A DNA stretch of 53,524 nt. Source: a virus. Its lineage: Duplodnaviria > Caudoviricetes. Within the stretch, counting starts at the first letter, position 1. Every line of letters begins with the position of its first letter. A program made the translations under genes and the position numbers. The stretch spans positions 1 through 53,524 of IMG/VR virus record IMGVR_UViG_3300020045_013114; one strand, given 5' to 3'. Below are positions 31,145-42,828 of this stretch, piece by piece. The notes under the pieces were generated by a model that saw only the letters and a program-made list of their open reading frames with translations, did not search any database and had not been told where the DNA came from.

Positions 31145-32431
31145 ATGAAAGAGTATTTAGAAATTAAGTCTTTTGGACAAATAGATGTTCAAGCTTTTAC
31201 TTTAATCGGCGCGTCTACAAAAAGAAATGATGACACAAAGATTGGACTATATGGGTCAGGAAATAAATATAGTATAGCTACAATGCTCAGGCAGAATATC
31301 GACTTTAAAGTATTTTCAGGAGAAGATGAAATAGTATTTGCAACTAGAAACCAACAGTTTAGAGACCAAAATTTTGATGTTATTTTGGTGAATGGACAAG
31401 AGACATCTTTGACCACTACGATGGGAGGAGAAGACTGGAATACGGCTTTTGCACCTATTAGAGAAATATACTCTAATGCTTTAGATGAAGATGATGATGC
31501 AACTTTAAAAAGGGTTTCTGAAATTATTCCAGAGCAAGGGTACACTAAATTTTTCATAGAGTTAACTAAAGATGTAAAACATTTTTATGATAACATCCAT
31601 TTATACTTTTGTAAGCACAACCCAAAAGTTTTGTTTTCAAACAATTATGGCTCTATTTATACGAATACAGATGATGGAAACATAAGAGTCTTTAGAAAAA
31701 ACATCCTTTCCCATTTTGATGATAAAAACAAAGCCTTACTACATTATAATTTTGAAGATTTGGATATTAATGAAAGTAGAGTTGTTAAATACGTTTGGCA
31801 AATCAATAATAGGATGGCTAATGTATGGAAAACTTGTACAAATGAAGAATTAATCAATACACTACTGTTAAGATTAAATGGTGGAAATGCTGGATATTTA
31901 GAGCATTCAATAGGTTGGGAATCTTGGTGCAGTTTTACACCTCAATGGTACAATGTGTGTAAAGATAAGACATTTGCTCCTGTAGAGTTTTTAAATATAT
32001 TTAGTGAGGATGAATTAAGAGGAGCTTACGTTCTTCCAATGAAAATGCTGAAAGAGTTAAAAACGGCTTTTACAGATTTAAATGTTCTAGGTATTAGTTC
32101 TAAATCAGATGGCGCGTTTGTAACAGTTGAACCAAAACAGACACTTTTAAATAAAGTTATGGATGCTATGGGTAAATTGTATGAAACAGAATATAAACAC
32201 AGATTTGACAATCCTCAAATAGAGTATGTAAAATTCTCTAATGAAAATGTCTTAGGTTTGGCAGAGAATGAAAAAATATATCTTTCAGTTAAATTAGATG
32301 TCTATAGTGTAGATGAAATCGCAAAAATAATTATAGAAGAAAATGAACATAATTTGAGTGGGCTAGAAGATGAAACAAGAGCTTTTCAAAATCACCTTTT
32401 TAATCTCTATTATTCAGAATTAATAAAATAA
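31145..32431 (+). CDS. GHKL-type ATPase (permuted motif order) with zincin-like C-terminus
   Basis: STK....IGLYGSG precedes IREIYSNALD; C-terminal LG......IYL...IIIEENEH. Confidence 0.7.
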   Translation: MKEYLEIKSFGQIDVQAFTLIGASTKRNDDTKIGLYGSGNKYSIATMLRQNIDFKVFSGEDEIVFATRNQQFRDQNFDVILVNGQETSLTTTMGGEDWNTAFAPIREIYSNALDEDDDATLKRVSEIIPEQGYTKFFIELTKDVKHFYDNIHLYFCKHNPKVLFSNNYGSIYTNTDDGNIRVFRKNILSHFDDKNKALLHYNFEDLDINESRVVKYVWQINNRMANVWKTCTNEELINTLLLRLNGGNAGYLEHSIGWESWCSFTPQWYNVCKDKTFAPVEFLNIFSEDELRGAYVLPMKMLKELKTAFTDLNVLGISSKSDGAFVTVEPKQTLLNKVMDAMGKLYETEYKHRFDNPQIEYVKFSNENVLGLAENEKIYLSVKLDVYSVDEIAKIIIEENEHNLSGLEDETRAFQNHLFNLYYSELIK

Positions 32432-32432
32432 C

Positions 32433-32840
32433 ATGCAAAAACAATTAGCTGAAGTAGCAAAATTCCAAATAGCTTTTGGACAAAATGTAGAAACACAACC
32501 AACTTTAATAAATAAAGAAAAAGCAGAATTAAGGTTTAAATTAATGCGAGAAGAAAATGAAGAGTACTTAGAAGCTGTAGAAGATAATGACTTAATCGAA
32601 GTAGCTGATGCATTGACAGACCAGCTCTATATACTTTGCGGAACTATTTTAGAACATGGAATGCAAAATATTATTGAGAAATGTTTTGAAGAGGTTCAGA
32701 GAAGCAATATGAGTAAGTTAGATAATAATGGACTGCCTATTATAAATGGGGAAAATGGTGTGTGGGATGAAAGTCGAGCAAAAGGAAAAATACTAAAGAG
32801 TAAAAATTATAGCAAGCCTAATTTAAAACAGTTTTTATGA
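32433..32840 (+). CDS. MazG-like NTP pyrophosphohydrolase
   Basis: LMREENEEY..EVADALTDQLY..EVQRSNMSK..GKILK. Confidence 0.9.
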   Translation: MQKQLAEVAKFQIAFGQNVETQPTLINKEKAELRFKLMREENEEYLEAVEDNDLIEVADALTDQLYILCGTILEHGMQNIIEKCFEEVQRSNMSKLDNNGLPIINGENGVWDESRAKGKILKSKNYSKPNLKQFL

Positions 32841-33268
32841 AAAGATATAAACATAAGATAACAGGAGATATCATAGAAAGACTTAGCTATAAACAATATT
32901 ATGTAGTTAATTATGGACAATCTATTCCTAAAAGATTTGTAGAAAATTCTTGTGATTGGGAAGAAATTAAAGAGCCTATTTTTGTAACAGAAGATGGTGT
33001 TGATGTTTTTGAAGGAGACTCAATATATACAGTTAGTGATAATTTTCAATTGTTATATACTTCTTTTGCTCTAAAAATTGATAAAACAGTTAGAAGTTTT
33101 GCCGAAAAAGAAAATGCAGAAAAGTATATTGAAGACAATCAAAAAAAGTTTAGTTTAAGTGATATTAGAGAAGCTATAAAATATGTATTACCAGATGAAT
33201 TAGGATATAAAAATTGGAAAGAGGATTGTACTAAAGATTTTGAAAATTATTTAAATGGAGAAAATTAA
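32837..33268 (+). CDS. Hypothetical protein
   Basis: 143-aa coupled ORF with FVTEDGVD..EGD. Confidence 0.7.
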   Translation: MKRYKHKITGDIIERLSYKQYYVVNYGQSIPKRFVENSCDWEEIKEPIFVTEDGVDVFEGDSIYTVSDNFQLLYTSFALKIDKTVRSFAEKENAEKYIEDNQKKFSLSDIREAIKYVLPDELGYKNWKEDCTKDFENYLNGEN

Positions 33269-33357
33269 AGTCTTACTCATTATAGCTATCTGTTGGGTAA
33301 TTTATGAGGTGGTAAATAATCTTCTGTTTTATTCTTTTTTCGCGCAAAAATAATGAT

Positions 33358-33963
33358 ATGAGTTATATAAATTACGAAATAATGACTTCAAAACTCTTAA
33401 CTCTATATGAATTAGGAGTTTTACAACTAGTCAAGCAGAACAGAATAGAGGATTTAAGCCAACAAATAGAATTTTCTATGCAAGGTACTGATATCTTGGA
33501 GAAGTTCTCTAATATGGGCTATATTGAGTTCATAAAAGGAAAGAAAGGTCAAAGTACTTTTCAATTAATTCGTGCGACAAAAAAAGGAGTAGACACATTA
33601 GATTTAATAAACACTCCAGAAATAACCGATGGTGATTATCAGCTATACCAGTATCTCTGTGAGATGTATATTAATGAAGATGCAACTAGAACTTTAGGTA
33701 ATAGAAAAGCTGGATTAATTTACAGCGCACAATTCAGACAATTAATGGGTTTCACTTTACACGAAGCTTTTTACCTTTATGAAATGTTTATAAATAATAT
33801 GAGTTTTACCAAGGTACTTGAATACATCTTCTTTTCCAAGAAAGAAAATCCATATGGAAAGTTCAAAGACAACTACGAGGGGTCAAAACTCTACCAATTC
33901 TGGCAGGACAATGAATATGAAATTAGAGATTATTGGGCACAAAAAATAAAAACAGAAGAATAA
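33358..33963 (+). CDS. Putative replication protein (winged-helix N-terminus), possible helicase partner
   Basis: LEKF..MGYIE...RATKKG wHTH-like; directly upstream of the helicase. Confidence 0.5.
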   Translation: MSYINYEIMTSKLLTLYELGVLQLVKQNRIEDLSQQIEFSMQGTDILEKFSNMGYIEFIKGKKGQSTFQLIRATKKGVDTLDLINTPEITDGDYQLYQYLCEMYINEDATRTLGNRKAGLIYSAQFRQLMGFTLHEAFYLYEMFINNMSFTKVLEYIFFSKKENPYGKFKDNYEGSKLYQFWQDNEYEIRDYWAQKIKTEE

Positions 33964-33964
33964 T

Positions 33965-35104
33965 ATGCAATTAGATTCCCGAATAAAACGAGCAGGAGAT
34001 TTAGCAACAACTGCTTTTCAATATTTACATAAACTTCAAACAAAAGAAAAACCTATTGTAAAAACGGGGCAAGAATTTATAGACGTACATTTACAAGGCG
34101 TTTTACCATCTGACGTTATATTATATGCAGGAAATTCGGGGACAGGTAAGACAAAGTTGTTGTATGATACGCTTGACAGTATATTAGACGAAAAGGTAAA
34201 TAAAAATGCTTCTAATTTTGTTACGCTTCAATATGAGCTAGAGATGCGGTTTCTAAATAAAATATTAAGAGATAGCCATTCGCTAACCAAGCTTAAAAAA
34301 AGCGAGATACTTTCAAAAGAGTTCAACGAGGAAGAAAAAGAGATTATTAAAAGATATTATGAGGGGTTAAAAGATAATAGAAGATTTATTTGTGAAGAAA
34401 CTATAACCACAGACGATTTTCTAAAAATGACAGATGATTTTTGTGCTCAAAACACAGATAAAGATGCAATTTGGTGCACATTAGACCACTGCTTACTAGT
34501 TCAAAAATCAAATCCTCACGAAGATGTAGCCGAAAGACTAACGTCCCACATAAATACTCTAAGAAAAAAGTACAGCAATGTTTATTTTATCTTATTAAGT
34601 CAAAATAATAGGTCAAGTATGGCGGTTATTAAAGACAGAGATAATGCTATGATACCAACAACAGCAATTATCTACGGCAGTTCTCATTTTGAATTTTTAG
34701 CCTCTTTTATTATTGTTATTACAGACCCATTCAAACTAGGTATTAATTCTTACCTCAAGGTAAACCCCGATAGGTATGAGTGGTTGTCTGAATATATGGA
34801 AGACCCTGATAAAAATGGGAAAGTTTCATTTTCAACTTTAGGGAATCATTTTATATGGACTTTGAAAACGCGTGAAAGTGATGAAGCTTATAAGAATCTA
34901 CATATTCGTCCTATGACACTCACATCAGAACAGATAAATAAAATGAAACAGTCAGTTGATACTGGCAATACACCATCTTTCTCAACAGCTATTCCAGTAT
35001 TTACAGAATTGCCTGTATTCCAAAAAGAATTGCCGATAACACCGAATTTTAATCTATCCCAAGCATTTGACCCGCCAGAAAAGAATACTTCAGAACCATT
35101 TTAA
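33965..35104 (+). CDS. DnaB-like SF4 replicative helicase
   Basis: KTGQ.FID, Walker A AGNSGTGKT, LEM, LDH, LSQNNR. Confidence 0.85.
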   Translation: MQLDSRIKRAGDLATTAFQYLHKLQTKEKPIVKTGQEFIDVHLQGVLPSDVILYAGNSGTGKTKLLYDTLDSILDEKVNKNASNFVTLQYELEMRFLNKILRDSHSLTKLKKSEILSKEFNEEEKEIIKRYYEGLKDNRRFICEETITTDDFLKMTDDFCAQNTDKDAIWCTLDHCLLVQKSNPHEDVAERLTSHINTLRKKYSNVYFILLSQNNRSSMAVIKDRDNAMIPTTAIIYGSSHFEFLASFIIVITDPFKLGINSYLKVNPDRYEWLSEYMEDPDKNGKVSFSTLGNHFIWTLKTRESDEAYKNLHIRPMTLTSEQINKMKQSVDTGNTPSFSTAIPVFTELPVFQKELPITPNFNLSQAFDPPEKNTSEPF

Positions 35105-35197
35105 GTGAACAAAGGTTAGTAGTAGCTATTTCTCAAACCTGTAACCTTGAAAGACCCAAAGACATTTATTGTTAGTTTAAGCAGTTAGGGGATAATT

Positions 35198-35225
35198 AAA
35201 GACAGATTAGTTTCTGTCTTTTTTT
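35198..35225 (+). terminator. Intrinsic terminator
   Basis: aaagacaga-ttagtt-tctgtcttt + T-tract. Confidence 0.8.
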
Positions 35226-35261
35226 GTTTTTGCGCTAAATAAAAAATAAAACAGATTTTTC

Positions 35262-35292
35262 TTTGTAGAATGAAATAATAGTTATATATTTG
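35262..35292 (+). promoter_or_regulatory. Bacteroidota-type promoter
   Basis: TTTG-N19-TATATTTG. Confidence 0.8.
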
Positions 35293-35312
35293 TCAAATAA
35301 AAGAAAGAAATT

Positions 35313-37906
35313 ATGACAGCAAAAGAATTTATAGATAAGAAACAAGATGAACACTTCAAACAGTTTGGTGTTTATGCGGATACTAATTTTAAAACAGCAA
35401 AGTGGTTAGAAGAATATGCTAAAGTTGTTTTAAATATTGCGGCGGAAAAAGCTAAAACAAAAGCATATTCAAATCAATATATGACTGATTTTTCAAGAAT
35501 AGTTGTAGATAAGGAGAGTATTATTAACTGTTTAAAAGATTAAATTATGAGTAGATTACTAAAAATGTTAGAAGAGTTTGATGACAATGTAACTGTTGGT
35601 CAAGTGATAAAAAAGATTAAAGGAGATTTAGCCGAAAACACTAAGGAAGAAGAATCAACTTTCCAAAGAATACAAAAAGAATATAAAAACTCTTATTTAA
35701 AGTTTCTTGATGCAGACGCTTTATTTGGCAGAACTCTGAGTGTTTACCACATAGAAGAGGTTATATTTAGAGAAAGAGATACTGATTGGAGTATGCATTA
35801 TACAGTAAAAGGTAAGAAAATAGAATTTACTAATAGAGAAGTATTTGAACTTAATATGAACGGTACAGATATACACCACTCTTTCTCAGAAATGCAGTTA
35901 AAAGAGATGACTAAAATAACTGAAAAAGATTTTAAAGATTATGTTTTTGAATATGACAGAATTAAAGATAAATTAGCTAAAATAATTGAATGATGAAAGT
36001 AGAAGTATTAAGTTCTGTTAATGTGGCAGAAGCACAAGAAAAAATAAATATCTTTTTACAAGATAATCCTATAAGACTTATATCGATTGAAGTAAAACCT
36101 TATCATTTACACGATTTATATACACATAACGGTGAAATTTGTAATCAGTGGATTGAATATATAACAACTATAATCTACGAATAATGGACGATTTTCAAAT
36201 TAAAAGATTAGGTAAATTTAGACAAAGAATAGTTATCTCTGTTCTTGGTTTTATTTATGTCGGCGGTAAAGTATATTGGACTGGAGAGTTATTAAGTTAT
36301 GTCACAATATTGGAAGAGAAGATTAAATGGAGAAGTACTGCTAGTAATCAGCTTGCTTATGGTCTTTATTGGAATGATTGGGAATATAAATGGGAATTAA
36401 TTAAAATATTATAAAAATGGAAAATAGAAGATTAGAAAAAGACGTAGATTCAGCTAAGGATACATTAGACAACTTAGTTTTAGAGATAGAACAATTAGAA
36501 GCTTTGGTAGAATCCCTGCAAAAAGATTTAGAAGAAAAAGAAGATAAGATTGAAGAATTAGAGACTTATATTTCGGAATTAAAAGATAATTAAAATGGAG
36601 AATAGAACACCTTTAAAAGAAAAAAGAAATACCGATTTAATTACTATTTGGTTTGCAATATCAGCTTTGTCTGGACTTATTTCAACATATAAATATAACA
36701 CTGATGGAGAAAGGGCTTTAATGGCTATCTTAGCTTTACAGTTTTGTTTTCTGTTGTATAGAGTTTTGACTTACTGTTTTAATTCTTTGCTTTTAGTTTG
36801 TTTTCGCGGCAAAAAGTTTAAAATAAATAGATTGAAAGGAAGAGTAACTCCTATTTATAAAATAAGAGAAGCTATTATGTATGGTTTTTACGTAAGCAAG
36901 TACTCTGTCTACTATACAAAGTTAGACCTCAAATGGAGCATCCCATTTTCTGTGCTATTTGAAGAACAAGAATATTTATGGGATGGAGAGCATCTTTTCA
37001 GTGAGGAGCCTGAAAATCTAGAAGAAGCTTGGGAATTTGAAGAAAGTGAAAAAAACTTAAAATTAGCTTTAGAAATCGCGGAAAAAGATAAAAAACAGCA
37101 AAAATTAGACAAATTAAATAAGGTTTTTAACGAGAATTACAAATAAAATACTTATCTTTGTAAAATGAAAAAAATAAAATTTAATATATTGGAAATAGGA
37201 CAGACGTTTTATATTATAGGAGACTATGCTAAAATTTGTCAATATGAGAAAATATCAGACAGTTACGGTGTAGAAATACTAACCAACTCTTCTAAATGGT
37301 TTAATGATGAGGAATTAATTTATATAGACTAGAGATGAAAATATGTACAGGTTTTATAGATAGTAATAAAAATCCAATTCATTTAGGAGATTATATGGAA
37401 AGTCCTGATGAAGAATACTTTGGTCAGGTTATAAAGTATAAAGATAAATTCGTTTTAAGCTATCCAAGTCACTCCTTCACATTTGATGATATACGAGCTA
37501 TAGCTGATAAATATCACCTAATTTCTGAAAATTATGCCAATTTTTTACAAACCTATCTTTAATTTTCGGCAAAAAACAAATAAAAACAGATGGAAAAGAG
37601 ATTCAAACATAGAAAAACTAAAGAAATAGTAATCTACAAAGACGGGGTTTGGAAACAAGACAGAACTTGTGTAGACATTGGACACGAACCTAGTAATGAA
37701 TTTTGGGAAGAAATAAAATGAAACAGAAGTATATTTACAAACAAAAAGAGTATTACATAAAAGAAATAATAACAATGAAAAATCCTTGCACTAGAGAATG
37801 GCAAAAAGCTTATACCTACTGTCAAATAGGATTGGATATGGTATTTTGTCGAGAAAAAGAAGAGTTTGAGAGATTGTTTAAACGTGATGGGTATTTAATA
37901 GAGTAA
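35313..37906 (+). other. Hypothetical ORFs (35313, 35547, 35990, 36184, 36417-36593 coiled coil, 36595 membrane, 37335, 37718)
   Basis: Coupled ORFs; TATCTTTG at 37153. Confidence 0.7.
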
Positions 37907-37908
37907 TT

Positions 37909-38610
37909 ATGGAAGAAACTTGGAAAGATATTCCTGATTATGAAGGGTATTATCAAGCTAGTAATTTAGGAAGGATTAGGAGTTTAGAAAGAGTGGTAAA
38001 GAGTTCTAAAAATAGAAGTAGAACAGTTGTTGAGAGAATATTGGTATTAAGTTATGACACTTATGGTTATAAAATAATAAATTTGAATAAAGAAGGAAAG
38101 TCTTGTACAAATAAAGTTCATAGGCTTGTAATGTTAACTTTTATGGGGGAATCAAATTTAGAAGTAGACCATATAAATGGGATAAGGGATGACAATAGAT
38201 TGTGTAATTTAAGGTATTGTACTCAAAGAGAGAATGTACATTTTTACAGGGATAAAATAATAAGTAGTTCTAATTTTATAGGTGTGTCTTGGTGCGATGC
38301 CACCTTTAAATGGAAAGTTTCTATAAAAATAGGGAATAAGAGTATTCATCTAGGGTATTATATATCAGAAATTGAAGCTTCCGAAATATATAATTCTGCC
38401 CTTTTAAATTGGAATACTTCAAAAACTATTCCAGAGTACATAAATCAAAATAAAACAAGTAAGTATAAGGGTGTAAGTTGGAATAAATCCAAGAATAAAT
38501 GGGTGGTGCAACTATCTACAAAGTTAGGTGGGAAACGGTATCTGGGGGCATTTGAGGCAGAGGAAGAGGCAATAAATTTTTTAAATACTTACTTAAATGG
38601 ACTTAAATAG
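37909..38610 (+). CDS. NUMOD4-HNH-AP2 homing endonuclease
   Basis: WKDIPDYEGYYQASNLGRIRS; VHRLV..F..EVDHING..DN...NL...T..EN; two GVSW AP2 repeats; overlaps the polymerase start. Confidence 0.9.
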   Translation: MEETWKDIPDYEGYYQASNLGRIRSLERVVKSSKNRSRTVVERILVLSYDTYGYKIINLNKEGKSCTNKVHRLVMLTFMGESNLEVDHINGIRDDNRLCNLRYCTQRENVHFYRDKIISSSNFIGVSWCDATFKWKVSIKIGNKSIHLGYYISEIEASEIYNSALLNWNTSKTIPEYINQNKTSKYKGVSWNKSKNKWVVQLSTKLGGKRYLGAFEAEEEAINFLNTYLNGLK

Positions 38611-40612
38611 GGCAATGATTGGAGATATTGAAACCACTGGGTTTATTGAGGATATGCAAGGACTTGAATCTGATTTACACGTTCTAGGTATTGCCTATCT
38701 AAATAATGAAAAAAAGTGGACAGTAAAAACAACCAATAAAAAAGAGGATGTAAAAAGAGTCTTTGAAAATCCAAATAATACCATAGTAGGGCATAATTTT
38801 TTTATGTTTGATGTGCCAGCATTAGAAAAAATATTTAAAGATATTAATATTCAAGCTACAATATTGGACTCCTTATTAGTGGCTTGGTATATAGAACCAA
38901 ATAGAATTAAAGAAGGGGGTAAATACGGATTGGCTGATTTTGGTGAAGAGTTTGGTGTAGAAAAACCAAAAATTGAAAGTTGGACAGATTTATCATATGC
39001 CGAGTATGAACATAGGGTTTCTAGTGATTGTAGAATCAACACAAACGTCTGGATTAAGCATTTACGAATGTTAAGAGAATTATATGAAAATGATGATGAA
39101 CGCATTAAATCATTATTGAAGTTTTTAATGACTAAAGGTAAAGTCTATAAAATGCATCAAGATAACCCATTAACTTTAGATATTGAGCAGTGTGAAAAAA
39201 ATTTACTTCTTTTTGATGAAATGATAAAAGAGCGAGTAGATAAGTTGAAACAAGTGATGCCTAAAATACCTGTAGAAGTTACTAGGAAAAAACCAAATAG
39301 TCTTTATAAAAAGGATGGATGCTTATCTGTATCAGGTGAAAATTGGAAAAGGCTTACAGAGGGTTGTGGATTACCTTTAGAATATGACGGAGATATAAAA
39401 GAGCGTTTAAAACTAGAAGATGCAAATCCTCAAAGCCCAACGCAAGTTAAGCAATGGTTATTTAGTTTAGGTTGGATACCTGAAATATTTGTAGAGTCTA
39501 AAAATACAAAGGGTGAAATAAATAAAGTTCCACAAACAAAAGATAAAAACAAAGATTTATGTAAATCTATCATAAAGCTTTCAGAAGCCATCCCAGAAAT
39601 AAGGGAACTAACGGATTTAAGCCTACTACAACATCGTAGGGGCTATTTTGTTGGTTTTCTAAGGGATAAGATAAGAGGTAATAAAATAGTGGCTGATATA
39701 GGCGGTTTTACAAATACTTTAAGAATACGTCACAGAACGTTAGTTAATCTAATAAAACCTTCAGCTCCTTATGGAGAATATGTTAGAAGTTTGCTTAAAC
39801 CAACAGAGGGAGAGGTAATGATAGGTGCAGATGTAAGTGCATTAGAAAGTATCACAAGAAACAATTTTGTCTATGATATAGATAGAAAGTTTGTGGAAGA
39901 CCAAGCACATCCATTTTATGACCCACACCTTGAAATTTGTGAGATTGCAGGAATGGCGACTTCAGCAGAAGTTTACTTTTATAAGTGGTGGAAAGAAAAA
40001 AGAAAAAATCCTAATATTGCATTTGAGGAAATTGGAGAAGTACCTGAAGATTTTCAAATTATATTAAATTCCTATACAACTGATGAAGAAAAACAAGATT
40101 TTCACGATAAATTAGACAAAAAAAGACATTCAGGAAAGCAAACCAACTACAGTTCAATGTATGGCATTGGTAAGGACAAGCTTGCAAAAGAATTAGGAAT
40201 TACAGTAAAAGAAGCTTTAAAACTTATAGATGCTTATTGGATTAAAAATAAATGTGTAAAAACTTTTTCTGAGTCTTGTGAGACAAAAACTGTAGGTGGA
40301 CAACTTTGGGTTAAAAATCCCCTTAATAATTACTATTACTCATTGCGCTCAACTAAAGATATTTTCTCTACTATAAACCAAGGGACAGGTGATTATATAT
40401 TCACTTTGTGGCAATATAATTTAATGAATATGGGAGTCAGACTTTATGCAGGTTTCCATGACGAAATAGTAACTTGTTGTAAGCCTGAAGAAACTGATTG
40501 TGTTATAGAGAAACTAAAGAAGGCTATGGAATTGGTTAATAAGCAATTAAAACTAAAAGTTCCCGTAGGAATTGACTATAAAATAGGTATCTCATATGCA
40601 GATGTCCACTAG
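38597..40612 (+). CDS. Family A DNA polymerase with 3'-5' exonuclease (T7-like)
   Basis: DIETTG, GHN..FD; motif A GADVSALE, motif B RHSGKQTNYSSMYG, motif C FHDEI. Confidence 0.95.
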   Translation: MDLNRAMIGDIETTGFIEDMQGLESDLHVLGIAYLNNEKKWTVKTTNKKEDVKRVFENPNNTIVGHNFFMFDVPALEKIFKDINIQATILDSLLVAWYIEPNRIKEGGKYGLADFGEEFGVEKPKIESWTDLSYAEYEHRVSSDCRINTNVWIKHLRMLRELYENDDERIKSLLKFLMTKGKVYKMHQDNPLTLDIEQCEKNLLLFDEMIKERVDKLKQVMPKIPVEVTRKKPNSLYKKDGCLSVSGENWKRLTEGCGLPLEYDGDIKERLKLEDANPQSPTQVKQWLFSLGWIPEIFVESKNTKGEINKVPQTKDKNKDLCKSIIKLSEAIPEIRELTDLSLLQHRRGYFVGFLRDKIRGNKIVADIGGFTNTLRIRHRTLVNLIKPSAPYGEYVRSLLKPTEGEVMIGADVSALESITRNNFVYDIDRKFVEDQAHPFYDPHLEICEIAGMATSAEVYFYKWWKEKRKNPNIAFEEIGEVPEDFQIILNSYTTDEEKQDFHDKLDKKRHSGKQTNYSSMYGIGKDKLAKELGITVKEALKLIDAYWIKNKCVKTFSESCETKTVGGQLWVKNPLNNYYYSLRSTKDIFSTINQGTGDYIFTLWQYNLMNMGVRLYAGFHDEIVTCCKPEETDCVIEKLKKAMELVNKQLKLKVPVGIDYKIGISYADVH

Positions 40613-40617
40613 AAACT

Positions 40618-40641
40618 AAGCCCTCTTAATTGAGGGTTTTT
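40618..40641 (+). terminator. Intrinsic terminator
   Basis: aagccctc-ttaatt-gagggttt + T. Confidence 0.8.
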
Positions 40642-40657
40642 ATTTTTTACGATTTTA

Positions 40658-40689
40658 TTTGCATATGTGAATATTATGTTATATCTTTG
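40658..40689 (+). promoter_or_regulatory. Bacteroidota-type promoter
   Basis: TTTG-N20-TATCTTTG. Confidence 0.8.
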
Positions 40690-40749
40690 TAGAAGAAAAT
40701 CCGTTTAAATCTTTTTTTGCGGCAAAAATAAACAAATAAAAAAGAAATT

Positions 40750-42828
40750 ATGAGATACATTATCATACCACTAGTAATTATACTCTACATTTGGTGGAGT
40801 TATAAATCAATTAAAAGTTTAAGGAACAATAATGCTAAAGAATTTGCCGAATTTTGGCTTATAGTTCATATAGTTTTACCTGCTGGATATCTATTATTTA
40901 AACTTACAGAATTTACAATAAATAATTGGTAATCTATGGAAAATAAATATGTAGTCGGATTTCTAGAAAGAAACGGCTTTATAAACATAGAAGAAGAGGT
41001 ATACAGTAATGAACATTGTACAATTACTTTATTTGAAGACCATTATAAAATTGAATATTGGGATAGCGATTGGATGGATAATGTTTGTACCTATACTCCA
41101 AATCTGTCTATTTATTTTTTAGCGGGATATTTATCTTATATGGACTTTATTCCGCGTGGATATAATAAATAAAATTAAAAAATATGGAACTACAAAATAA
41201 AATAAGAAACCGATTAGACGAATTAGAGATTGAAGAGTGGTGGGATTATGGAGATTATAGAGAAATCCGTGATAAAGACTATACAGCAATTAATATTCTG
41301 AATGATGCACTTGAAGAACTACTGACAAAAGAACAGTTATATGAATGCTTAGGACATTTTGCTTATAAATATGGAATAACTATTAATGGAGCTGATATAG
41401 ATAAATGGCTTGAAAATTTAGAGAGATGAGAAACCAACCAAAATTTATTTATCTCCAGACAGGATTAGAAGACTGCGGAGAAACTTGTAGTGACTTTGAT
41501 GAATTAGATATGGTATCTTGGTGCGTAGATAAGATTTATTCTGATGATTTACAATATATTTCTGTTTCTAGTGTTTTTGCGCGAATAAAAGAATTAGAAA
41601 AAGATGTTTATATAGACCCAAATGATAAAAAACAAAGAGTTAAGGAGCTTAAAAACTTAATAAAATAATGGAAAGACAGATAATTTACAACGCAATAATG
41701 ACTCCTGATGGGACAGTCTTAGAATCAAAACATAGACACGATTATGTAACTCATTTAGATAAAAACGGTGAAGAATATATGCTTGATGGTGGGCTAGATT
41801 ATACAAGAAGAAGCATAAATAAGGAAGAAGCTAAAGACATTAGTTTATATTCTGATGCGCCACACGAACAAATTAGAGATAAGGTATCTAGAGGAGGTAG
41901 AGGCTTGGATGGAACTGAGCCTTTAAAGTATGTCTTATTAAAAGATATAAACAACAAATGGTTACAAGCTATTATTGACTATGAAGAGTTGTATCGCCCA
42001 CAAAATAGATTTCTACAAATTTATAAAGATGAGCAAAAATTTAGAAACAAGTAGTTATGGCATCAATAGAATTAAACAACAATCAACTTCGCCTTATTCA
42101 AACTGCTTTAGACTTTTATAGTAGAATTGGCATCTTACAGTTGGATAGAATTCTGGAACACCCTTCAGTTGAATCTTTATTAAGAGAACAATTTATACCC
42201 AAAGAAGAGCTAAAAGTAGGAAGTCAGACAGAAAGAGGCGAAATTACCAAAATAACCAAGAAAGCCGTTTGGACTAAAGGACGTTGGGGCAATGGTGAAG
42301 AAGTTAGAAAATGGACTGATATTGAAAATGTAAAACTTTCTATTGATTATGGGGAATATCGCGCAAAAGAAGATGAAATAAAAGACCTTCTAACACAAGT
42401 TAATTCTATAGTTTATGGTAAGCCTATGACAAGAAATATGTCTTTAGGTATTTATAATGAACAAGTTGATGAATCGTGTAGAGAAGCATTTTCAATAGTA
42501 AAAAAGATACGTCATCAATTTTGGTTAGCAAATTCAGACAGGTCAAATATGACAGTTGATTCAACAGACGGTAATAGTAATGTAAAAGTAAGATTAGATG
42601 AAAGCAAAACTAATATTTAAATTGCCAGAAGACCAAGTAGAATTTGAACAATGCTCTAAAGCAAGTGATTTGGCTTTTATTATTTGGGAATTTTGTCACA
42701 ATAGTAAAAAATCACTGATTAAATACGCAGATGTTTCAGAAGAATATGAAACAGGTGTTGAAGCAGCATATAATAAGCTTTATGAGCTGTTAGAAGAATA
42801 TAATATTAATTTAGATAAACTTGTATGA
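40750..42828 (+). other. Hypothetical ORFs (40750, 40936, 41184, 41426, 41668, 42057, 42598)
   Basis: Coupled ORFs; 41668 has the common phage motif LES.HRHD...DGG.DY.RR. Confidence 0.75.

Noticed and set aside
35105-35197. Possible structured RNA after the helicase (aaggtta/taacctt)
   Set aside because: Only one convincing helix; may be an ordinary 3' UTR.
26892-40612. Introns or inteins in nrdD, helicase or polymerase; stop-codon recoding
   Set aside because: ORFs are continuous, of normal length, lack intein motifs and read with the standard code.
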